Shown in pieces: positions 1 through 7,578 of a stretch of 43,321 bases of DNA (its first letter is position 1; each line of letters begins with the position of its first letter). The notes under the pieces were generated by a model. That model searched no databases. It saw only the letters and a program-made list of their open reading frames with translations, and had not been told where the DNA came from. A program made the translations under genes and the position numbers. The stretch spans positions 1 through 43,321 of the forward strand of contig NZ_DATMTE010000013.1 in the NCBI RefSeq assembly GCF_035564935.1, read 5' to 3'. The stretch comes from Chitinophaga sp. Its GTDB lineage: Bacteria > Bacteroidota > Bacteroidia > Chitinophagales > Chitinophagaceae.

Positions 1-248
1 GGCCGGCATTATCTTAATCTAAATAACAGGAAAAAGCTCCTTAACTCAGCTCTTCGGGCGGTGCATCTTTTCTAAGAATGTCCTTTTCCCACACTTTCAT
101 TTAACAACTGTTCCGCATAGGTCTAAGATGGAAGCAGCACCGCATCGGTGTTTTGAAATATTCTTTATTGGATGGAGTCAAAGGAAGGATTTATTTATAG
201 AAGATAGGTAGCAGAGAATCTTCATCGGTCCGGGATAACTATCCTGTT

Positions 249-3200
249 TCAGACTATCCCTGAAAAAATAACGCGGGCCAGTTCGCTGGCATTCCGGAGA
301 TCTGCTGTTTCCACGGAAATCTCTCCTGTACAATATTCACGGAAAATGCTGTTGGTCGCATCATGCTGTTCTCCGGATCCGATCAGTGAGATCTTCCCGG
401 TATACTTTCCCGCTGGCTGGTACTTCCCGGTTAATATAGCTGAATGCTCTAATGCTCCGGTAAATTGTTCGTATTCTTCCTTATCATCCACCCCGGTAGT
501 AACAAGGAAAGCGGTTTGCGCCTTCACGCCTATCGCCTCCAGTTGCAGGCATATTTCAAATGTAAGCGAAGCGCCCAAAGCCCATCCTGCCAGGTATATC
601 ATTTTGCCTTTGCCCAATTGAAGGATTATGTTCTTATAAAAAACTGCCAGTGTTTCCATACTTCTTCCAAAAGTACGATACCTGTCTGCAGCAACAGGGG
701 CAAACATCACCAGATCCGCTTCCGCAGGAACCAAAGAGGCCCATTCAGCATAAAATGGCATGCCGGTCAGTGGAGGAATCATAAAAAAGATATGTTTATG
801 GCTGTGATGGTGATGGAACAATTCGTAGTCGCTATGCTGTACCGCTTTATTTTCCGCCGCGGCCCGCTCTATAAATGCCGCCAGCTTTCCGATCGTATTG
901 CTGGCGAATAGTTGTGTTGCTTTCAGTTTAATATTGAACTCCTCTCCCAGTTTGAACGCAGCCCGCATCAGTACTATAGAATTAGCTCCCATGGCATACA
1001 GATCTTCGTCTATCGACACCGGAATATCCGGCATCAGGCTGGTAAATATTGTATATACGCGCTCCTCTGTAACAGAAGCAGGCAACCTGGACTGCTTACT
1101 GTTTTCGCGATGAAGCTGCTCCTGAAGTTCCATATAATCGATCTTTCCCGTAACAGTTCGTGGAAACGCTTTCACTGTCATAATTCTGGCGGGCACCTCA
1201 TAGGCAGGCAACCGTTCGGAAAGGAATTGTTTAAGTATATTTTCAGAAAAAAGGGAGGGCTCATTTACCTGGCAAAACGCCGCAAGCCTCGACGCCTCCC
1301 CTCTGCTATCCAATAATACCGTTGCTTTTATAATGCCTTCAAACTGCTCAAGGGTATACTCTATTTCACCGGGTTCTATTCTGTATCCTCTCAGCTTAAT
1401 CATCCTGTTTTTCCTCCCTACATAGTGCAACACGTGATTTTCATCCATAAAACCCAGATCGCCGGTCCTATATGCACGCGGGAAGCTATCTCCATGCCTA
1501 AAAGCATTTTCGTTGTTGCCCGCATTCAGATACCCTGCAGACACACTGCTGCCCTCTACCAGTATCTCTCCCACTACATTCAGCGGCTTTATGTTCAGGT
1601 GGCTGTCTACAATACTGATGGTGGTATTATAGGTTGGCTTACCAATCGGATAGTATTCAAACGGGCCGTCATAGTTGAGGTTATAAACTGTGGAAGAAGC
1701 CTCTGTTGCACCGTATCTGCAGAGTATTGTCACGCCAGGTACGGCATTGTGTATAAGTCTGAAGTCGGCCGACTTAATGGCCTCTCCCCGGAGTTCAAGC
1801 AACCTGACCTGTTTCAGCTGCTCCATCTTATTACCATCTATCAACACCTTCACAAAGCTGGGTGTCAATGAAATCCTGGTAACGTTCTTTTCTGCCAGCA
1901 TACCACAAAATCCATCCACGTGATGATAAAGCGACTCCGGTATTACCAGTAACCTGGCACCCTGACTAAGCGCCTCAAAAATGTTACGGACAGATGGACT
2001 AAAGGACAACCTGATATTCATACAGAATGTTTCATCCCGGGTAGCCGGGAAGTGATGTCGCAACCACACCAAACCATTCAGTACATTCTGGTGGCAGGTT
2101 CTTACAATCTTAGGTTCGCCGGTAGAGCCTGAAGTATAATATAATATGCAGTTGTCTGCCGGAGAACAGGTAACTGGTACACTTTTCAGAGCAGCGGCCG
2201 GGAGTTGCTCCGGCAAACCAATCAATATACAATCCGGTAATGAAGAAAGCAGTAGTTCACTCATTCCTTCCATTTCCTGCTCACCCAATATACAGGCGGA
2301 TAACTCCGAAGCTTTTGCCAGCCACTGTAACTTATTGGCCGGGAATCCATGCTCAAGACTGACAATACTGCACCCTGCCTTCAACACTCCCAGTACACCT
2401 GCTATCAGGTTCACAGAATAGTGCATGTAAATACCCACCGGTCCGGAGATACCCCTGCCGGTCAGCAGGTTGGCGATATAATTACTCCTTTCGTCCAGCG
2501 TTGCATAGGTCATGGAACCGCCTTCAGCATCTTCCACGGCAATACATCCGGGATAATTTTTCACCGATGCACTGAACAGCTCCACCAGGGAAAAAGCCGG
2601 AATCACAGCTTTCGGGCCACTGGTCCGGGCCAGGGCAATATCCTGCCTGAAAATGCCTGCAGACACCAGCAGCTGATCTCTGATCACGCCCAGGCTATTA
2701 TATTGCTGCATCACCAGGTTCATCATTTCCTTTACCATCTTTTCGGGAAACAGATCTGCCCTAAAATGAATTTCGAACATTACGTCTGTTTCAGTAGGGG
2801 TAACGATTATTTCCATAGAGAAGGGAGAAGCAGCAATCCCCACGAAAGACCGGGCATTTTCAGTACCCACGGTGGTATCCCGGAAACGAAAATATACACT
2901 GAAAAGACTGCCCCCGGCCATATCTGGTACGGCGGCAGAAAAATGTTCTGATTGTGACAGCTGCGTGCTAAAATCCTGAAGCGCTTCCATCACCGTTTTG
3001 TTCTGATAAAAGTCGTATACCAGCGGTACCACGCCATTTCCCGGACCTGCCATGGTATGCTGGTCATCACGCTGCGGGAGCATGTTCCCCCATACAAACC
3101 TGCTTTCGCCATAGTAGGCAGACAATACCCAGCCACCGGTAAAGTTGAGTGCAGTAGCTGCATTAATAGCCTGTTGCTTCAGGAAGGATAAGATGTCCCT

Positions 3201-3536
3201 GTTATGCTGATAAGATAAATGCAATACACCGGCAGTTCCCCGCTTCATTGTGGCATCGCGTACAATCACATTTTCAGGCAGTGTAGGCTCCAGGCCGTGC
3301 AGCAGTTGTTGCCAATATTCCGCGGCCTCCGCCTGGACCGGAAACAGCGTGTTACCGGCTACTTCCCGCGCTTTTAGAAAACCAATGATCTCTTCCTTAC
3401 GCGCCTTTATCGTTTCAATAAGCGGCTGGTTTTTCATGTTGTTTTTCGACAACACAATGCTCAGATTACCGGAATCATTGATGGCTATGTCAATATGATT
3501 ACGTTCTATCTCCAGGATCAGATCGTTAATGCTCAT
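249..3536 (-). CDS. Terminal NRPS: TubC-like N-terminal docking domain, partial C domain, atypical A, T, catalytically dead TE
   Basis: A motifs YYTSGSTGEPK, YGATE, YRTGD, KLRGYRIEPGEIE, TGKID; T motif MGANSI; TE-like GWALG; N-terminus MSINDLILEIERNHIDIAINDSGNL...IKARKEEIIGFL resembles the TubC_N docking domain, so ATG at 3536 is preferred over the track start at 3569. Confidence 0.92.
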   Translation of the reverse strand: MSINDLILEIERNHIDIAINDSGNLSIVLSKNNMKNQPLIETIKARKEEIIGFLKAREVAGNTLFPVQAEAAEYWQQLLHGLEPTLPENVIVRDATMKRGTAGVLHLSYQHNRDILSFLKQQAINAATALNFTGGWVLSAYYGESRFVWGNMLPQRDDQHTMAGPGNGVVPLVYDFYQNKTVMEALQDFSTQLSQSEHFSAAVPDMAGGSLFSVYFRFRDTTVGTENARSFVGIAASPFSMEIIVTPTETDVMFEIHFRADLFPEKMVKEMMNLVMQQYNSLGVIRDQLLVSAGIFRQDIALARTSGPKAVIPAFSLVELFSASVKNYPGCIAVEDAEGGSMTYATLDERSNYIANLLTGRGISGPVGIYMHYSVNLIAGVLGVLKAGCSIVSLEHGFPANKLQWLAKASELSACILGEQEMEGMSELLLSSLPDCILIGLPEQLPAAALKSVPVTCSPADNCILYYTSGSTGEPKIVRTCHQNVLNGLVWLRHHFPATRDETFCMNIRLSFSPSVRNIFEALSQGARLLVIPESLYHHVDGFCGMLAEKNVTRISLTPSFVKVLIDGNKMEQLKQVRLLELRGEAIKSADFRLIHNAVPGVTILCRYGATEASSTVYNLNYDGPFEYYPIGKPTYNTTISIVDSHLNIKPLNVVGEILVEGSSVSAGYLNAGNNENAFRHGDSFPRAYRTGDLGFMDENHVLHYVGRKNRMIKLRGYRIEPGEIEYTLEQFEGIIKATVLLDSRGEASRLAAFCQVNEPSLFSENILKQFLSERLPAYEVPARIMTVKAFPRTVTGKIDYMELQEQLHRENSKQSRLPASVTEERVYTIFTSLMPDIPVSIDEDLYAMGANSIVLMRAAFKLGEEFNIKLKATQLFASNTIGKLAAFIERAAAENKAVQHSDYELFHHHHSHKHIFFMIPPLTGMPFYAEWASLVPAEADLVMFAPVAADRYRTFGRSMETLAVFYKNIILQLGKGKMIYLAGWALGASLTFEICLQLEAIGVKAQTAFLVTTGVDDKEEYEQFTGALEHSAILTGKYQPAGKYTGKISLIGSGEQHDATNSIFREYCTGEISVETADLRNASELARVIFSGIV

Positions 3537-3597
3537 ATAAATAAGGTTAATATTGGGAATGGCAGGCATTATCCGGTTTTGTACGATACCGGATACG

Positions 3598-5517
3598 TTA
3601 AATATCGATGGATTGGGGATAATAATCGGTAATATCAGGATACTGGCGCTCTACTCTCCGCGCCAGTGCGTCGAACTCTATTTTAAAACCCAGCGGATTT
3701 GCAATCCATTCCCTGGAAGCCAATGCTGTGGCAGCATCTACCAACCGGAGGTCTGTGTTCAATTCCCGGGCTTTCACATTCAAACGGAGTGCCCTTTCCA
3801 GGCATACCATATACATCACCGCTGTTTCCAGTTCGTCGCCACAGGTAAGCGCACCATGGTTAGCCAATATAGCCACATTTTTCCCCTGCAACGCATCCGC
3901 CAGCTTATGCGCACTTCCGAGATTATTTACAGGGCCATCAAAATCCCGGTAAACCACGTGATTATCGTAGAACATACAACTGTTCTGATCAATGGGAAGG
4001 ATACTGCAATCTGCAAAAGCAGAAAAAAGAGTGCCCCATGGAGAGTGCGTATGTACAATACAACTCACATCTTTATTAGCCTGATGTATGGAAGAGTGAA
4101 TACAGAATCCGGCAACATTCACCGGGTGATCGCCCTCTACTACCACACCATTTTCGTCTACCATCACCAGGTTGTCTGGTGTCACTTCATCAAACAGTAC
4201 CCCAAACGGGTTTACCCAGAAAAGATTCTGCGAACCCGGCACCTTCAGGCTGATATGGCCGCTAATGCTTCCTTCATCCAACTCCAGCATTCTCAACAGC
4301 CGGCAAGACAAAGCCAGCTTGTATTTGAGCATAACCTTGCTGTTATCAAACCTGGACTCTTTCAGGAAGAAATGTTTCGATGTGGTTTGCCGCGAGTTGG
4401 CGACAATATCTTCTTCATGCACACCGCTATTTTCCGGGGTAGGATTATCAAAATGCATATGCGGGATACTTTCGGGATAATTATCAATACCATCTTCTTC
4501 AGACATGGCTACCAACAGGCTCCTGCTTCCCGTGTACGGGTCCCTGCCATGGGTATAGGCCAGGTTATCCATCATCAACAGATCCCCATCTTCCCAATCA
4601 AACCTGAACATCACCTGATCGTATGCGTTTCTGATAGCTTCCATATCCCCGGTGGAAATAGGAGTGCCATCGGCCAGGTAGGCATTTCTCGGCAAATGAT
4701 TTTCCCCGTAGGCATCCACCAGATAACGCATTACTTCAGTATTCAGGTTAGAGGAATGAAAAAGATGGGCCTGGTTAAACCATATCTTTGCGCCCGACCG
4801 CCGGTCCACAATGGTGGCCTGTGCAATCTGGGATAACCTGAGCTGATTATTATCCAACCATTTGTAAGACATTTTCTTCTCCTTACAATACGCCTCCACC
4901 TCTCTTTTATCCGTAGTACCAAAAAAATCCTTCCAGCTGATATCCATTTCATCTGAGAAATTCCTCACGTACATGACACCGCCTTTCGATTCAAAGCGGT
5001 CCACAACAGCCGCGGGGATCTGTTTTAAGACCGCTTCGCTGTTACATATGGGTGTTTGCCCACCTGTGCTGGCGGCAGATTCACAGTAAAAAAACAATTT
5101 TTTAGGCCAGAACCCCGAATATGAATGCTCATTATGCTGTGGAATATGCTGGTCTTTAGGGTATTCCGTGGAGGTATACACCGCATCTCCCAACCTCGTT
5201 CTGGGGGTAGATGGTTCGGCGTAAGTCAATGCGCCGCCATCAGAAGTCAGTTTTACCACCTGGGCCAGCCCCTCTTTGCCCAAACTGTAAAAACCCCGGA
5301 ATAACAACGCCCGCTGGCGTTCATAGAGGGCCGTAACAAAACCGGCATGCTGCAGGATCCACTCCGGTAGCAGGCACCCTTTTTCAAGTGCAGTAACAAC
5401 ACAAACACGCGTATATGCGTTGCCGATAAACGTCAGTTCCACATTTGCCGGTAAAGCTACATCCGTTAATGTATCCTGCAGCCCGGACCTGATCAGGTTT
5501 TCCGTTGTATTTTCCAT
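3598..5517 (-). CDS. Fusion of SyrP-like TauD/TfdA Fe(II)/2-oxoglutarate dioxygenase and class II aldolase/adducin (NovR/CloR-like) domain
   Basis: N-half has VYTSTEYP, HNEHSY, GGQTP, WFNQAHLFH and HGRDPYTGSR (SyrP-like HxE..H triad); C-half has GHISLK, FWVNPFG, FCIHSSIH, VHTHSP and NHG (class II aldolase metal His ligands); one uninterrupted 639-aa frame. Confidence 0.9.
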   Translation of the reverse strand: MENTTENLIRSGLQDTLTDVALPANVELTFIGNAYTRVCVVTALEKGCLLPEWILQHAGFVTALYERQRALLFRGFYSLGKEGLAQVVKLTSDGGALTYAEPSTPRTRLGDAVYTSTEYPKDQHIPQHNEHSYSGFWPKKLFFYCESAASTGGQTPICNSEAVLKQIPAAVVDRFESKGGVMYVRNFSDEMDISWKDFFGTTDKREVEAYCKEKKMSYKWLDNNQLRLSQIAQATIVDRRSGAKIWFNQAHLFHSSNLNTEVMRYLVDAYGENHLPRNAYLADGTPISTGDMEAIRNAYDQVMFRFDWEDGDLLMMDNLAYTHGRDPYTGSRSLLVAMSEEDGIDNYPESIPHMHFDNPTPENSGVHEEDIVANSRQTTSKHFFLKESRFDNSKVMLKYKLALSCRLLRMLELDEGSISGHISLKVPGSQNLFWVNPFGVLFDEVTPDNLVMVDENGVVVEGDHPVNVAGFCIHSSIHQANKDVSCIVHTHSPWGTLFSAFADCSILPIDQNSCMFYDNHVVYRDFDGPVNNLGSAHKLADALQGKNVAILANHGALTCGDELETAVMYMVCLERALRLNVKARELNTDLRLVDAATALASREWIANPLGFKIEFDALARRVERQYPDITDYYPQSIDI

Positions 5518-5556
5518 TTTCTGATTTTTGAAAGGTGAAAAACTTAGTCTCCCGTG

Positions 5557-6303
5557 TTACTCATGTAAACCTAATTCCATGCTGTTGATAAAGGCCCTGC
5601 ATTCTTCGGGGCTGTATTCGCTGTCCAGTATGTTGGCGATCAAAGACGAATAGCCGGCCAATTCCATACTCTTTTCAAATATTTTTGAAAAATGGTCTAC
5701 GCCCCAGGTATTGTTACCATGATATATATACACATACAGGTCGGGCCGGTCGTCGATATAAACCAGGTGATTATTTTCATGCAGGTACTCTATGATATCT
5801 GTATCTTCTCCCCTTACTTTATGTTCATATTTTCTGCCTGTAAATACTTCCTTACGACACATGATACTACCTTCCCATCGTCTGCGGTTAGATAGAAACG
5901 CTCTTCCGGAGCTGCTGTCATACACCAGCCACCTTGTGAGCAGGCACCCACTGACCTTCGTCTCACAAATAACCTGATGCTGATACTCAAGCCGTTCCAT
6001 ATGATACCAGTCATCATCATCCCACTGGCATATAAATTCACCTGTTGCCGCCCGCACGGCAAGGTTTCTTAATTCGCCCAGTGTTTTTTTGGGTTCGCCC
6101 TGTATGCAGATGAGTTTTATATTGTCTTCCGGTTGCATCTCCGCAAGAAAGGCAAGCGTTGACAAATCATTATCTTCAAACAGGATGACCAGCTCTTTAT
6201 GCTGATAGGTTTGTGCTGCAAAACATCTGACAGCCCGGGCGAGCAGCGCCGGTTTCCGGTGAGTAACACAAATGCAGGATATTAATGGGTTGCTGGAAGA
6301 CAT
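5557..6303 (-). CDS. Glycosyltransferase family 2 (soluble, GT-A fold)
   Basis: PLISCICVT at the N-terminus, LGELRNLAV, QWDDDD (DxD), GED; ATG at 6303 preferred over the TTG at 6339. Confidence 0.88.
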   Translation of the reverse strand: MSSSNPLISCICVTHRKPALLARAVRCFAAQTYQHKELVILFEDNDLSTLAFLAEMQPEDNIKLICIQGEPKKTLGELRNLAVRAATGEFICQWDDDDWYHMERLEYQHQVICETKVSGCLLTRWLVYDSSSGRAFLSNRRRWEGSIMCRKEVFTGRKYEHKVRGEDTDIIEYLHENNHLVYIDDRPDLYVYIYHGNNTWGVDHFSKIFEKSMELAGYSSLIANILDSEYSPEECRAFINSMELGLHE

Positions 6304-6342
6304 ACAAGAATTTTTAAGCATTTTACAATACAGGTTCAATGA

Positions 6343-7539
6343 TCATTTTTCACTGGTGGCTTCATCCAGCACCAAATCCTGGTTTCTCATTTTAACAATG
6401 TTTATCCTGTCTTCTCCACTTTCTTTCTTTCTTCTTCCAAAAACGATTGCCGCGTACCACCAGGCCCAAAAAGAAACGGCCAGCCAAAACAGGGGATATA
6501 TTGCAATCAGGCAGGCGTCTTTGAAAGATATTTCCTTTCTCTCATCGGGGTTACTGACAAAAAGCAGAAAATAATAGCTCAAAACAGCCAGACAGGTGCC
6601 TCCCAATATGTACAGTGCCACTTTGGTGCTCAGCAGAAAAACCAGGAGTATTTCCAGTGGTAATAACAACATGCAAATAATCCCCATTGCGTCTTGCAGG
6701 GTGCGGATACCAATCCGCCTGAAATGGAGCAACATCTTAATGTAAAATCCCTTTTCCTTGAAAAAGGTTTCGATATACCCCAGGTACCAGCGCTTCCGCT
6801 GTATTACCAAAGCACGGAAAGTCAGAGGAGGCCGGGTAAGCGCCAGGATATCCTTCGAGTACAATGTTTCCAGCCCCAGTTTAAGCGCCAGTACCGTAGC
6901 CTCTCTGTCTTCCCCGTTACGCAATCCGCTGTGGGAGGCATATACGTCCAGCAACAGCTTCCGTTTAAAACAGGAGCCCGCCCCGGGCATAACAGGCACG
7001 CTGTTCTCCTTCCGGTGGAACTTATAGTACATGCGTGCAAAAGCATATTCAAGCCGTTGCAGCTGGAAACACAGCCCGCTTCCCGAGAAAGGGAGCATCC
7101 TGAAATAACAGCCGATATACGCCGGTGTTTTGTCCAGGATATTCAGGGAGTGTGGTAATGCTGATAAGTTCTTCAGATCAGTATCAAAATCCGACAGGAT
7201 AACATACTCATGTTGTACTGCCGCCGACACGATACATAAAGCCCCTACCTTCATGGCATTCGGCCTTACCGAAGCAAAAAAGAAGGCGTCGGGGAACTCA
7301 TTCACGAAGGCTAAAATCCTGGAATAACTATCATCTGTGGAGCCGTCATCAATCAGGATAACATCCATCAAATCTTCATACTCTTCTGCAAGCATCCTGA
7401 AGTAGTGCAGCCGGTTTAACAGATCAAAGTTTTTCCCTTCGTTATACTGTGGTATCAGCAGAGCAACCTTTTTTGTACCTACCGGCATTCCATTCATCCA
7501 TTTGAGTTCAATGTTTCTGCTTTTCATTTTCTCTATCAT
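6343..7539 (-). CDS. Membrane-anchored glycosyltransferase family 2 (D,D,D,QxxRW type)
   Basis: LIPQYNE, IDDGSTD, DFDTD, GEDR, QRKRW, followed by several hydrophobic C-terminal segments. Confidence 0.9.
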   Translation of the reverse strand: MIEKMKSRNIELKWMNGMPVGTKKVALLIPQYNEGKNFDLLNRLHYFRMLAEEYEDLMDVILIDDGSTDDSYSRILAFVNEFPDAFFFASVRPNAMKVGALCIVSAAVQHEYVILSDFDTDLKNLSALPHSLNILDKTPAYIGCYFRMLPFSGSGLCFQLQRLEYAFARMYYKFHRKENSVPVMPGAGSCFKRKLLLDVYASHSGLRNGEDREATVLALKLGLETLYSKDILALTRPPLTFRALVIQRKRWYLGYIETFFKEKGFYIKMLLHFRRIGIRTLQDAMGIICMLLLPLEILLVFLLSTKVALYILGGTCLAVLSYYFLLFVSNPDERKEISFKDACLIAIYPLFWLAVSFWAWWYAAIVFGRRKKESGEDRINIVKMRNQDLVLDEATSEK

Positions 7540-7578
7540 AACGAACAGGTTAAAACTTAAATGCTAACAATCCTTTTT

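Noticed and set aside
58-156. Inverted repeats (gcggtgc 58-64 / gcaccgc 137-143, and caccg-cat-cggtg) downstream of the last gene
   Set aside because: Short, imperfect stems with no clear U-tract on the minus strand; not enough to call a terminator or ncRNA without an Rfam/folding run.
3553-4836. 427-aa plus-strand ORF
   Set aside because: Antisense shadow of the TauD-aldolase gene with no recognisable motifs. The same applies to 26295-27104, 2349-2951 and the other short overlapping ORFs.
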